Assembly: GCF_039654945.1 (NCBI RefSeq)
Contig: NW_027361751.1
Span: 4,030,001 to 4,094,000, forward strand
Source of the DNA: Dendrobates tinctorius
Lineage: Eukaryota
Direction of reading: 5' to 3'
DNA: 64,000 nt
Made by a program: the position numbers and the translations under genes
In this document: piece after piece, positions 13,014 through 26,877 of the stretch
How the letters are laid out: each line of letters begins with the position of its first letter
How positions within the stretch are numbered: position 1 is the stretch's first letter
The notes under the pieces: generated by a model
What the model saw: the letters and a program-made list of their open reading frames with translations, nothing else
Database searches by the model: none
Told to the model about the DNA's origin: nothing

Positions 13014-14459
13014 TAATAGATAAATAATAGATAGATAGAAGCTAGATATGGAAATATATCTAATATATTTACATGTATTTGATATATATTTTTTTCTAAT
13101 GTATATATGTATTATATTCATACATATATATGCATATATGTGTATATATATTTTTACTCTATTGTTATACATATTTCTATAATTATTTTTATTTCATTTG
13201 TATACATATATATTATTCTATATATATAGAATATAGCTACATATCTATCTACATATCCAAGAACCATATAGATATGTATTTAAATAAAATGCAATATATA
13301 TATATATGTATATAAATATAATAAAAATAATATCGATAGATAAATATACAGACCTTGTTAACATAAATGACAAATTGCAACATCACATATTATTAATAGA
13401 GGTTTATTAGATTTCTAATGTTACTTCCATATCTCATTCATGAAAGGGGGATATAATTAAGAAAAACAGGAGTTTTTTATAATTGCAAATAATTAAGGAT
13501 TAGCTAGCTAGGGATTTTTAGCAGACATCTACCTTCATCAGTCCACAATCTGTTTGCTTTATTTATGTAATTAATTGATTTATTTTTTATTTTGCTTTTT
13601 TTTTCGTCATAATTTAGTGCTGAATAGGGACGCAGATACCTGGAGTGTCAGCTAAGGATTCAATGTCGATATTACTAATGTCTGTGAATGTGTCTGAAGC
13701 AGAGATATATTCAGAGGAGGTCCCTTGTGCCTGCTGCCTGTCCCACTGTTGGGGCTGCAGGAACCAGATAACACAATGGCAGTACCTCCATGCTGTAGCA
13801 CTGTGCCATGCTCTTCTCATTACATCTGGTGTGGTTTGCATGGGGCTGACTCCTGCAGCCAGCATATAGGGAAGATCAAGCACAGCAGGACTCAGCAAAG
13901 GACTGGTCAGGCCCAGAGGTCTCATGTACTCTGTGGTAGGGCCTGAAGAAGGCAGCTGGGGTAAAGCTTCCAGGCACAGGCTAGATTTTCAATACTCATA
14001 AAATGTAAGTGAAAAAAAATGCCCCTTCAAACTTAAAGGGGTTTTCCAGGTTTACAGTATTTTTATTCTTGCTCTTTAGTGCACAGTCTTGCTCTGAATG
14101 AATATAGAGACATCAGGCATTGTGTCCCCCTCAGCTCCAGTGCTGCTTGTCTGCCACTGCCTGGACTGTGCTGACATGCCATAAGTAGAGACATCACAAT
14201 TACAGCATATATCTCATCTGTCCACTGTCCCCAATCACTACATTATTATTTGTAGGCTTACCCCAACATTACCTGGTCACTTGTCCCCTGCACTCACCTC
14301 TATTCTCTGAGGCTGCACAGCAAAATGAGCTAATGACATCTACAGCGCCGCCACCAGAGTGGCAATTAAGCATTATACATTTTTTATTAAAATCAATGTG
14401 TTATATGGGTATTGCACATCTGTCTGGGTATCTTTTGCGAGGAATTGAAGGATCCTTAA

Positions 14460-14909
14460 AGGGAATCTGTCAATGATCTACCCTCTAAACTGTTTATCTG
14501 ATAAAGTTGATGGTTGACCTGTAAGAAGGAAATAATGTCATTCACACCTTTATTTATGTTATTTGTTGCCTCCTGCCTGGAAAAAAAATGGGATTTTAAT
14601 TCATTTGCAAATAAAGCTCAAGTGCTCTTGGTGTGCCAAAGCACTTGCAAAGACTCTGCCTCCCTGATTCTCTTCCACATCTAGTCCAACCTTACTATAC
14701 AGCTCACTTGCTTGGCTACAAAATCAGTGAGCTATCAGTCATCAGAAGAAGGTGGGGCCGGGTGAGGAATAGAGCCAGGGAGGCAGAGGCTTGGGAAGTG
14801 CTTTGACACTCCCAGAGCACTTATGCTTCATTTGCATATAAATTACAATGGTGACGTTTCGGGCTAGGAATAACACATTGCATAAGTAAAAGGGTGGGTG
14901 ATATTAGCA
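14460..14909. mobile_element. Palindromic T2/Kolobok-type MITE (TTAA-AGGGAATCTGTCA), interrupted by the 14914 element
   Basis: TTAA followed by AGGGA terminus; internal inverted symmetry between about 14600-14670 and 14775-14840. Confidence 0.55.
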
Positions 14910-14913
14910 TTAA

Positions 14914-16074
14914 CCCCTTACTTACTGATGACGTACTATTGCATCATCAGTAAGTATCCCCTGCTTTGAGGTGGGCTCCAGCGGTGAGCCCACCTTAAAG
15001 CCGCAACATATCAGCTGGAGCGGAATTGTGATCCGCCCGTGCCTACTAACTTGTTAAATCCTGCTGTCAAACGCTGACAGCAGGCATTTAACTATTACTT
15101 CCGGCGCCTGGCCGGAAATGAGCGCATCGCCGACCCCCGTCACGTGATCGGGGGTCAGCAATGCGTTGCTTTGACCACCAGAGGTCCCATAGAGACCATT
15201 AGTTGTTGCCGACACGTTGCTATGAGTGCCACCCGGTGTTCGGCGCTCACAGCAATGCAGTAAATCTGCTACATATGGGCGATCTCCTCATCGCCCTTAT
15301 GTAGCAGAGCCAATCAAGTATGGAATGCATCTAGCCTCCTAAGGAGGCTTTTGAAGCATGCCAAAAGTAAAAAAAAGTTTAAAAATTTAAAAAAAATAAA
15401 AAACCCTAAAAGTTTCAATCACCTCCCTTTCGCCCCAATCAAAATAAATCAATGAAAAGAAAAATCACACATACACAAATTTGATATCGCCGCGTTCAGA
15501 ATCGCCCAATCTATCAATAAAAAAAAAGGATTAACCTGATCGCTAAACGGCGTAGCGAGAAAAAAATTCAAAATGTCAGAATTAATTTTTTTGGTCGCCA
15601 CTACATTGCATTAAAATGCAATAACTGGCGATCAAAAGAACATATTTGCACAAAAGTGGTATCATTAAAAACGTCAGCTCGGCACGCAAAAAATAAGCCC
15701 TCACCCAACCCGAGATCACGAAAAATGGAAACGCTACGGGTCTCAGAAAATTGCGCTTTTTTTTAGCAAACTTTGGAATTTTTTTTCACCACTTAGATAA
15801 AAGAGAACATAGACATGTTTGGTATCAATGAACTTGTCAGTTTTAGCATTTAGTGTGGGATTGCACTTTTTGCAATTTCACCGTACTTGGAATTTTTTTC
15901 CCGTTTTCGAGTACACGACAAGGTAAAACCAATGGTTTCGTTCAAAAGTACAACTCGTCCTGCAAAAAATAAGCCCTCACATGGCCATATTGATGGAAAA
16001 ATAAAAAAGTTATGGCTCTGGAAAGAAGGGGAGCAAAAAACGAAAACTCGAAAAAAGCTCATGGAGTTAAGGGG
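14914..16074. mobile_element. Non-autonomous piggyBac-type element
   Basis: TTAA|CCCCTT...AAGGGG|TTAA; shares internal blocks (TTTG.TATCGCCGCGT, CAACTCGTCC.GCAAAAAATAAG) with the 21540 element. Confidence 0.8.
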
Positions 16075-16262
16075 TTAAGAGAGCAACATGACATGATTAA
16101 AGGGGTTTAAAAATAAAGACACAGAGTACAATCCAGGGTGATGAATTCCAAAGGACAAAGTTTATTTGGTTATCACAATATATTAATTATGATTAAGGGG
16201 GTTGTCCACTGTTCAGACAACCCCTTTCTGAATCCATATATTTACCTCCAGTAAAATAATAA

Positions 16263-16927
16263 GGCCGGGATCACACTGGCGAGGAATACGGGAGAGTGAG
16301 AGGCGCTAAAAGCACGCATTACACATGGACCAATGATTCTCTATGGGGTCACTCGCACCAGCCGTATATTTCTCCTCCGTATCCTACGCTCCGTGCCACT
16401 CGCAGCATGCTGCGATTGTCAGCGTACTACTCCCGTAATATGCCAATGCAAGTCTATGGGTGCGCAAAAAATACGGATTACACACGGAACACACGTGTGA
16501 CCTGCGAGAAATACGCACCCGGTGTCTTTTAGCAAAGCCGGCAATTCAGTGCGCTATACAGTAAACTCACACTGACAGGTTTAATAAAGAAACGAATGAA
16601 TAGATATAGACACATAGAATACATATATATATATATATATATAAATATTATAATATATATATATTTGCATTCTATGTGTCTATATCTATTCTTTCATTTC
16701 TTTATTAAAACTGTCATAGGGCTCCATTATATGTCCATTTTGCAAGCCTGCGAGAAAATCTCACCATACGGATGCCATACGGATTACATACGGATGCTGA
16801 CATGCGCAAAATACGCGACCACACCTTGATTACGGATGACATACGGAGCACTGTTTAGGGGTCTGTCATCCGTATTACGCATGTAAAATACTGACCGTAT
16901 TTTGCGCAGGTTAGTGTGACTCCAGCC
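16263..16927. mobile_element. PIF/Harbinger-type MITE
   Basis: TIR GGCCGGGATCACAC / GTGTGACTCCAGCC, TAA TSD. Confidence 0.75.
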
Positions 16928-16936
16928 TAACACTTA

Positions 16937-17134
16937 GGCTGGAGTCACACTGCCATAATTCTTGTGCGAGAATCGGATCGCACTGCATGGACTGGCCGGC
17001 ACCTCTCCGGACCTGAGCTTGACAGCTACATAGTAATCCATTATGATGTCTTGCTCAGGTCAGGAGAGGAGCCGGCCAGTCCATGCAGTGCGATCCAATT
17101 CTCGCACGAGAATTATGGCAGTGTGACTCTGCCC
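16937..17134. mobile_element. Palindromic PIF/Harbinger-type MITE
   Basis: TIR GGCTGGAGTCACAC, TTA TSD, near-perfect hairpin. Confidence 0.8.
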
Positions 17135-18489
17135 TTATACTCAACTCTGGTGCCGACAATGTTCCCGCGGTGTCGGCACTAGTTCTCCCAGGGATCGCAT
17201 GACATTATCATGTCACGTGAGCCCTGATGCCAATCAGCGCTGACTTCACTCTCCGCTCCTTTGGACAAATCAAGACATTCAGTAAGTAAGAGCTGCTGTC
17301 CTATCACCTTCTCTGAATGTCAATTATGTCCGTAGAAGAATGATGTCAGCGCTGATTGGTTTCTGTGACATAATAATGTTACATGATCTCCGGGAGAGCC
17401 AGCACCGACACTGCTGAAAAGGCGCAGACACCGGAGGTGAATGTAAGTGGTATTATTTTACTGTAGGGAAACATGGGGATTGAGAAGGGGCTGTCCGAGT
17501 AATGTACAACCCCTTTAACTTCAACCAAACACCCTCTAACCTGGGATAATGCTTTTTTTGTCCATTCCTCTTTGCCAAATGTAAATCCAATTTGATTTAG
17601 TTTTTTTATTCGTTCTCATACAGAAAAGCTTATTTTCAGCTTTTCCACAACATTTCTGCTCTGCACAAGTCAGAACTTTGACCAAGCCTGTCCAAATTTC
17701 GTTTTCTTTCAGCCATTCAGATCATCTCTTGTGCTTTGATTATTTTCTTGCTACATAACAAATACAGACTAGCAATCAATGGAAATTGTTATCATAGATT
17801 TTGTGCCAGCTTTTGTCGTAAAGAAGCTGAAAATTTTGTTGCACACCATTTTTTAGCAAAAAATTGTGACTTTTTGTGATTGTAAGGAACTGTCAGCACT
17901 GGTGCAAATAAAAGTTACACAGCCACAAGTATAATGACTTCAAAATTTCCACTCATGATGAATTCTCTCCATTCTCTCTTCTTTTTTCATAATGTCCTTT
18001 AATAATAGTAATAGTCAGAACATATTTGCACATCATCACATTACTACAGTGCCTTTAACCTGGTAACTATGACTGGAGCCAAAACTTGGCACTTTTGACC
18101 TGGTGACAGGTCCTCCTTAAAGGGGTTGTCCATTACTGCACAACCCCTTTTTAACTGTTACCATAACCCACATAAATTAAGCAACATGTATACTTACCTC
18201 CTGGACCAGCGACAATCCTCTGATGTTGGTACTGAGTCGCCAGGCGCTATTAATGTCATTTAACCATTTCAGGCAACCAGTGGACCTCATGGATGAGTTT
18301 TTCTTTCCTTTTATGTGAGGTACTTTAGCCATTAATAATGGGTTGTCCAGTCCAGTGCAGACCCATGTCTCTATCACTTTATGGGACATTCCATTAGAGA
18401 AAGCTGCTCAATGTAATGTGTTGGCAGAATGAAGGACATATTGAATTTCAATGCCTGATCCTTTTCTTATCCAGGGATATAAATGTATA

Positions 18490-19740
18490 TGTGGCGCCCC
18501 TGAGGCTTCAGTCGCCACAGAGGTACTGCACCTTCTCCTAAGGTGTAGTGCTCCACCATCCAGGTAAGGTGGGAACTCCTGACCACACTCCACACCTGCA
18601 TTCCACACACAGGATAGTTCATTGGGTCCACCTAACAGCTTCAGCCTGGGGGTTAGCAGAGCACCCCTCGTGGAACCTTGCTTCGTAACACGAGACGTGC
18701 TGGGAGGCGGGTGGAGTGAGATGATACAAAAGAGTGGTAAGAGTGAAAGTTAGTGAGTTAGAGAGTTGGAGAGAGAAGAGAGAAGATGGGTGTCTGAGGG
18801 ACGTGCTGCAGCAGGTCCCAGTGATCTGGGCTGCTGGCACGAGAAAGACAGAGAAAGAGACTGATAAGATTGATAACCTAACCTTCCATAAGAGAGAGAG
18901 ACAAGATCGGAACGAAGGAGAATAGAAGGACGGTGGGAAGCTGGTTGAAGAAAGATAGAGAACCCTTCAAGTCCAGAGCACAAAGGCCGGGGCCAGGTCC
19001 CCGAGGTTGATTGGATCTTTATGTCCGGCAACAGACACCGGAGGAGTAGTGAGCCACTAACACCTTGCTCCCCTCATAGACTTGGGACACAACAGCAATT
19101 GAATAGAGAGCCGGGACGCAGAGAGGAGTCCCCGAAGCAGGCTACAGCTGTCTGTCATACAAGTAAAGGCTAGGAACACCTAGAGAGAGGCATTCCAGAG
19201 TAACTAAGTACTGGAGTGCTTCGCATCTAAAGGCGCATTGGAGGAGTCGTTCAGTAAAGGTACATATTGGCGGAATGTGGAAGGGAGAGTCCTATCCTGC
19301 CTAGAGGTTGGCTGGAGCCTTGACCTGGAGAACACAGTACGGAGGCAGGCGTGTGTGTGAACTGCAAACAGTGAGTAAAGCCTTGGAATCGCACACTCTG
19401 GTGTCCTCCAGTTATTCCGCACCGTTACACCTGAGTACCTGCACCTACATCATCTACGCCTCCCCACCATTACTTCATCTACACTGCCCTGGGACTACAG
19501 CTCCGCCTGTGGGGAGCTTTACCATCTAAGCTGCGCATACCATCAGTCCCAGAGGATCTGACCGCAGTGTCGGCCTAACATCATACTTGCGTCACGAACT
19601 TTCCATATAAACTATATTACAACATCACCGCCACTGATATTGGGCGCCCAGGGCCACGGACCGGGTCACCGCTGCTGTGACACGCACATCCCCCTGACAC
19701 CGGCCCGGTTCCAAGTACCCCGCTGCCCTGGGTGAGACGG
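18490..19740 (+). mobile_element. Probable solo LTR (Gypsy-like)
   Basis: Starts TGTGGCGCCCC; GA-rich middle; AGTAAA signals; GC-rich end; no ORF. TSD not resolved. Confidence 0.5.
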
Positions 19741-20163
19741 GAGGGTGACCCATATACCCCACTTTCCAGTGAATACACATGCACACTTGGCCAAGCTGAC
19801 CATCTATGTATTAAGGAGGGTTGGGAGAAATAGTCATCAGCTATTTTTTCTGTATTGGCGATCTATAGAAGTGGATGTACAACCTACTTTTTTGATCGTT
19901 GATCATAGCATATTTATGGTTCTTGTAGTGTGCGTGTTTATTGGTGCTTGCTTTGTCTTATCTTGTCTATACTTGTAAGATAGATGAGATCATCAAAATC
20001 TTCTTTAGTAGACATACTGTACATCTCGCCTCCCTCCTCAGTATCGGCCTTAAGCTGTCCTTAATAAGATAATTCTCAAAGGCCCTGATTCAGTAAGTCT
20101 GGTATTGTATATGCAAGTCTCAATGAAGGGGTGTGATGGAGTTAGAAGAGCCCAAATCATTAA

Positions 20164-20579
20164 AGTGAATCTGTCAGCAGGTTTTTGCTATGTAATCTGA
20201 GGACAGCATGTGGTAGGAGCTTAGATACAGATTTCGGCGATGTGTCACTTATTAGACTGTGTGCTGTTGTTTCCATGCAATGAATGTTTTATCACCAGGA
20301 GATTATCACTATCAGGAGTGGGTCTCCTGTGGCTCCTGGTCCAACCATGCTCCCCTCCTCTGATTAGCAGCTCACTGTCACTACACAATGTATACAGAAA
20401 TCTATGGTGCATTAGGATTAGCTTTCTGAACTCTGCTGCATGCTACATCTAAAAACTCTAATTGTGTTACAACTGCTGCACCTAGTAAACTAAGTGATAC
20501 ATCGCTAGATTCAGGGTCTTTTTTGCTACATAATACTGCTCTCAAATGAGGTAGGAAAAACCTGCTGACCGATTTCCTC
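20164..20579. mobile_element. T2/Kolobok-type MITE
   Basis: TTAA-AGTGAATCTGTCAGCAGGTTTTT...AAAAACCTGCTGAC; same family as 34927-35329. Confidence 0.7.
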
Positions 20580-23008
20580 TAACAGGAGCATGCCACTTAA
20601 TCAGGCACATGTTACAATTGTCACATGCCTCACCTCAGGGACCGGACTAACTTATGCAACAACTGAGCATGAATTAGATGGGTGGATGTTGATACGCCCC
20701 TATTATGCCAGTGCTCCACCCACCTTGGCAGAGCTGGCTGGAACTGGCGATGAAACGACGAAAGTCACAAAATTTTACCGCAACATTATGTTGTGCAAAT
20801 TTTTGGCAACTTTTTAAGATGTTTTATGTCACAAAACTGGAGTAAATATTTTGATGAATCAACCCAGCCGATATCTCTAAAAATATGCGTATTGCATGAT
20901 CAGTCAAGCACAGAAAATTTGCCATTTTTCTGCAGTCTTTTTTTTTTTTTTGGACCAATCTCCCTGATCTGTTAAATTAGCCAGGGCGATTGATCACATT
21001 ATAGCTAATCATAGTCCTATGAGAATGTCTAGTCTTACGGGAATGCAACCTTCCCAGATTCATGGGGATAACAGGTATCGCTACTGATGGGGACACCATT
21101 GGATCACTAATAGTCTAGATACCTAGAGTCTGTGCCTCCCTCAGATGCCAAAATCTGTGGAAAGGCAGATATACAGATTCTATATTTCCTCATTTATTAT
21201 TTGTTTTCTGTGCAATTGTATTATTTGGGAACTAATAATACAGGAGAGGATCGCCCATAGAAGATTCTGCACAGGACACTAACCATCCCAAGGCTCACAC
21301 TGTCCTCCATATATATGAATACCAAAAAAGAGAGGACAAGCCGCTATCAGCTAGCCCTGGCAACGCTATATCTCAAAAATTAGTAAATGGTAAAGCTTCC
21401 TTTCCCATGACAGCAAACATGGGGGGAAATTTGGGCTGTACCATTATATTACAGGAAAGATATATATCTTTGTACAGTGTTAGCCAGTAGATAGAAGAAT
21501 ATTTAGAATTGAGAGTCCTCAGTGGTTGATACCTTTTAACCCCTTACCTACAATTGACGTAATATTCCGTCCATGTGTCCATGGACCTAATTACCATGGA
21601 CGGAATATTACGTCATCGCGATCAGCGGCGCCCACGTGGTGAGCGCCGCTGATCGCGGCCGAGTGTCAGCTAATTATCATAGCTGACACCCGGCACAATG
21701 TGTCAGGGGCGGTCACGGACCGCCCCCGACACGTTAACCCCTTGCACACCGCGATCAAACGCGATCGCGGTGTACCGGGGGTTAAAGGGAAGCATCGGCA
21801 GGGAGGGGGCTCCCTCCGTGCTTCCCTGAGCCCCCCACGGCAGCGCAATGTGCAGCGCTGCTGCGGGGGACTCCCTTCCTCCAGGCCCCCGAATCCAAGA
21901 TGGCGACGGGGGCCTTCGGGGGCCTGAGGAAGCTGGCTTCCTCAGTGCCTGCAAAGCGCAGGCATGAGGAAGTCTGCAGCAGTGCCTGTGACAGATCGCT
22001 GATCTGTCACAGTGATCTGTGATGTGACAGATCAGCGATCTGTCACAGGACAGTGATGTCCCACCTGGGACAAGGTAATAAAGTAAAAAAAAAAAAAAAA
22101 AAGTGTTAAAAATAATTTAAAAAAAATCGCTAAATAAATTAGTTAAAAAAAAAAAAAATATTCCCCAATAAATCCATTTTTTGAAAATAAAAAAAAAACA
22201 AAACAATAAAAGTACACATATTTGGTATCGCCGCGTCCGTAATGACCTGCCCTATAAAACTGTCCCATTAGTTAACCCCTTTAGCGAACCCCTTAAAAAA
22301 TAAAAATAAAAAACGAAGCAAAAAATAATGATTTATTATCATACCACCGAACAAAAAGTGTAATAACGCGCGATCAAAAAGACGCATATAAATATCCATG
22401 GTACCGCTGAAAACGTCATCTTGTCCCGCAAAAAACGAGCCACCATACAGCATCATCCGCAAAAAAATAAAAAAGTTATAGCTCGCAGAATAAAGCGATA
22501 CAAAAATAATTATTTTTTATATAAAATTGTTTTCATTGCAAAAAACCGACAAAACATAAAAAAAGACCTAAATGAGGTATCGCTGTAACCGTACTGACCT
22601 GAAGAATAAAAACGCGTTATTAATTTTACCGCACGCGGAACGGTGTAAACGCACCCCCCAAAAGAAATTCATGAAAAGCTGGTTTTTGTTCATTCTGCAT
22701 CCCAAAAATCGGAATAAAAAGCGATCAAAAAATGTCATGTGCCCGAAAATGGTACCAATAAAAACGACAACTCGTCCCGCAAAAAATAAGACCTCACATG
22801 ACTCGGTGGGTCAAAATATGGAAAAATTATAGCTCACAATATGTGGTGATGCAAAAACTATTTTTACAATAAAAAGTGTCTTTTAGCGTGCGACAGCCGC
22901 CAAACATAAAAACCGCCATAAATAGTAAATCAAACCCCCCGTTATCACCCCCTTAGTTAGGGAAAAATAATAAAACTAAAAGAAAATGTATTTATTTCCA
23001 TTTTCCCG

Positions 23009-23180
23009 CTAGGGTTAGGGTAGGGTTAGGGCTAGGGTTAGGGCTAGGGTTAGGGCTAGGGTTAGGGCTAGGGTTAGGGCTAGGGTTAGGGCTAGGGTTA
23101 AGGCTAGGGTTAGGGCTAGGGATAGGGTTAGGGATAGGGCTCAGATTAGGGTTAGGGGTGTGTTGAGGTTAGGGTTGGAG
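23009..23180 (+). repeat. Telomere-like tract, alternating TTAGGG/CTAGGG
   Basis: (TTAGGGCTAGGG)n, degenerating at the 3' end. Confidence 0.95.
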
Positions 23181-23184
23181 TTAT

Positions 23185-26100
23185 AATTGGGGGTTTCCAC
23201 TGTTTGGGCACATCAGGTGCTCTCCAAAGGCAACATGGCGTCTGATCTCAATTCCAGCCAATTCTGCGTTGAAAAAGTCAAATGGTGCTCCTTCCCTTCC
23301 AAGCTCTGCCATGTGCCCAAACAGTGTTTTACCCCCACATGTAGGGTATCAGCCTACTCAGGACAAATTACAAAACAACTTTTGGGGTCCAATTTCTCCT
23401 GTTACCCTTAGGAAAATAAAAAATTGGGGGCAAAAATATAATTTTGCGGAAAAAAATGTTTTTTTTATTTTCACGCCCAGGCGTTATAAACTTCTGTGAA
23501 GCACTTGGGGGTTCAAAGTGCTCTCCACACATCTAGATAAGCTCCGTGGGGGGTCTAGTTTCCAAAATGGGGTCACTTGTGGGGAGTTTCAATAGTTTAG
23601 GTACATCAGGGGCTCTCCAAATGCACATGACACCCGCATACCAATCCATCAAAGTCTGCATTCCAAAACGTCACTACTTCCCTTCCGAGCCCCGACGTGT
23701 GCCCATACAGTAGTTTTCTCCCACATATGAGATATCAGCGTACTCAGGACAAATTGGACAACAACTTTTGGGGTCCAATTTCTCCTGTTACCCTTAGGAA
23801 AATAAAAAATTGGGGGCAAAAATATAATTTTGCGGAAAAAAATGTTTTTTTTATTTTCACGCCCAGGCGTTATAAACTTCTGTGAAGCACTTGGGGGTTC
23901 AAAGTGCTCTCCACACATCTAGATAAGCTCCGTGGGGGGTCTAGTTTCCAAAATGGGGTCACTTGTGGGGAGTTTCAATAGTTTAGGTACATCAGGGGCT
24001 CTCCAAATGCACATGACACCCGCATACCAATCCATCAAAGTCTGCATTCCAAAACGTCACTACTTCCCTTCCGAGCCCCGACGTGTGCCCATACAGTAGT
24101 TTTCTCCCACATATGAGATATCAGCGTACTCAGGACAAATTGGACAACAACTTTTGGGGTCCAATTTCTCCTGTTACCCTTGGGAAAATAAAAAAAATGG
24201 GGACTAAAAGATGATGTTTGTTGAAAAAATACGATATTTTTATTTTCACGCCCGGTCGTTATAAACTTCTGTGAAGCACTGGGGGGTTCAAAGTGCTCAC
24301 CACACATCTAGATAAGTTCATTAGGGGGTCTAGTTTCCAAAATGGGGTCACTTGTGGGGGGTTTCCACTGTTTAGGTACATCAGGGGCTCTCCAAACGCA
24401 ACATGACACCCGCAGACCATTCCATCAAAGTCTGCATTCCAAAACGTCACTACTTCCCTTCCGAGCCCCGACGTGTGCCCATACAGTAGTTTTCTCCCAC
24501 ATATGAGGTATCAGCGTACTCAGGACAAATTGGACAACAACTTTTGGGGTCCAATTTCTCCTGTTACCCTTGGGAAAATAAAAAAATGGGGACTAAAAGA
24601 TCATGTTTGTGGAAAAAATACGATTTTTTTATTTTCACGCCCGGTCGTTATAAACTTCTGTGAAGCACTGGGGGGTTCAAAGTGCTCACCACACATCTAG
24701 ATAAGTTCATTAGGGGGTCTAGTTTCCAAAATGGGGTCACTTGTGGGGGGTTTCCACTGTTTAGGTACATCAGGGGCTCTCCAAACGCAACATGACACCC
24801 GCAGATCATTCCATCAAAGTCTGCATTCCAAAACGTCACTACTTCCCTTCCGAGCCCTGACGTGTGCCCATACAGTAGTTTTCTCCCACATATGAGGTAT
24901 CAGCGTACTCAGCACAAATTGGACAACAACTTTTGGGGTCCAATTTCTCCTGTTACCCTTGGGAAAATAAAAAAATGGGGACTAAAAGATCATGTTTGTG
25001 GAAAAAATACGATTTTTTTATTTTCACGCCCGGACGTTATAAACTTCAGTGAAGCACTGGGGGGTTCAAAGTGCTCACCACACATCTAGATAAGTTCCTT
25101 GAGGGGTCTAGTTTCCAAAATGGTGTCATTTGTGGGGGGTTTCTACTGTTTTGGTACATCAGGGGCTTTCCTAATGCGACATGGTGTCCGATCTCAATTC
25201 CAGCCAAAAACGTCAAATGGCGCTGCTTCCCTTCCGAGCTCTGCCATACGCCCAAATAGTGGTTTACACCCACATGTGGGGTATCAGCGTACTCAGGATA
25301 AATTGCACAATATCTTTTAGGGTCCTGTTACTTTTGGAAAAATAAGAATTGAGGGTGAAAAGATCATTTTTGTGGAAAAAATATGATTTTTTAATTGTAC
25401 TGCTGTACGTTATAAACTTCTGTGAAGCCCTTGGGGGTTCAAAGTTCTCACCACACATCTAGATAAGTTCCTTGGGGGGTCTAGATTCCAAAATGGTGTC
25501 ATTTGTGGGGGGTTTCCACTGTTTTGGTACATCAGGGGTTTTCCAATCGCGACATGGTGTCCGATCTCAATTCTAGCCAAAAACGTCAAATGGCGCTGCT
25601 TCCCTTCCGAGCTCTGCTATGCGCCCAAATAGTCATTTACACCCACATATGGGGTATCAGCGTACTCAGGACAAATTGCACAATAACTTTTAGGGTCCTG
25701 TTACCCTTGGAAAAATAAAAATTGTGGGTGAAAAGATCATTTTTGTGGAAAAAATATGATTTTTTAATTGTACCGCTGTACGTTATAAACTTCTGTGAAG
25801 CCCTTGTGGGTTCAAAGTTCTCACCACATATCTAGATAAGTTCCTTGGGGGGTCTAGTTTCCAAAATGGGGTCACTTGGGGGGGTTTCCACTGTTTAGGT
25901 ACATCAGGGGCTCGCCAAACGTGACATGGCGTCCGATCTGAATTCCAGCCAATTTTGCATTGAAAAAGTCAAACGGCGCTCCTTCCATTCTGAGCTCTGC
26001 CATGCGCCGAAACAGTGGTTCCCCCCCACATATCAGGTATCAGCGTAGTCAGGACAAATTGCACAATAACTTTTGCAGTCCAATTTCTCCTGTTACCCTT

Positions 26101-26330
26101 GGTAAAATAAAGAAAATTGAACCTGAAGTATTTTTTTTGTGAAAAAAAGTTAAATGTTCATTTTTTTTTAATATTCAAAAAATTCCTGTGACGCACCTAA
26201 AGGGTTAATAAACTTCTTGAATGTGGTTTTAAGCACCTTGAGGGGTGCAGTTTTTAGAATGGTGTCACTTTTGGGTATTTTCTATCATATAGACCCCTCA
26301 AAGTGGCTTCAAATGTGAAGTGGTCCCTAA
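23185..26330. repeat. ~386-389-bp tandem repeat, about 8 copies
   Basis: Repeated ORF-track starts at offsets of 386 and 389 bp (23649/24035, 24259/24648, 24473/24862); recurring CACACATCTAGATAAG anchor. Confidence 0.93.
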
Positions 26331-26877
26331 AAATAAAATGGTGTTGCAAAAATGAGAAATCGCTGGTCAATTTTTAACCCTTATAACTTCCTAGCAAAAA
26401 AAAATTTTGGTTGCAAAATTGTGCTGATGTAAAGTAAACATGTGGGAAATGTTATGTATTAAGTTTTTTGTGTGCCGTATCGCTGTGATTTAAGGGCATA
26501 AAAATTCAAAGTTGGAAAATTGCGAAATTTTCAAAATTTTCGCCAAATTTCCGTTTTTTTCACAAATAAACGCAAGTTATTTGAATGCAATTTTACCACT
26601 AACATGAAGTACAATATGTCACGAGAAAACAATGTCAGAATCACCAGGATCCATGAAAGCGTTCCAGAGTTATGACCTCATAAAGGTACAGTGGTCAGAA
26701 TTGTAAAAATTGGCCCGGTAGTTAACGTGCAAACCACCCTTGGTAGTGAAGGGGTTAATGGCTAACTGAAAAGATGGTAACACATTGCAAGCTTTCAAGA
26801 CTACTCAGGTCTCTTCATCAGGCTAGACTAATACATACAGTATACATATGTGATTCTTCAGATTTTGTATTAGTCTA

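Larger units (their letters stand above)
16197..17514. mobile_element. T2/Kolobok-type MITE hosting two Harbinger-type MITEs
   Basis: TTAA|GGGGGTTGTCC...ACAACCCCT|TTAA. Confidence 0.7.
21540..26754. mobile_element. 5.2-kb non-autonomous piggyBac-type element with internal tandem repeats (Tx1D/Tx2D-like architecture)
   Basis: TTAA TSDs at 21536-39 and 26755-58, CCCCTT termini, no transposase ORF, ~387-bp repeat array and telomere-like tract inside. Confidence 0.88.

Noticed and set aside
23009-23180. True telomere or chromosome fusion site
   Set aside because: Short, single orientation, and inside a TTAA-flanked transposon
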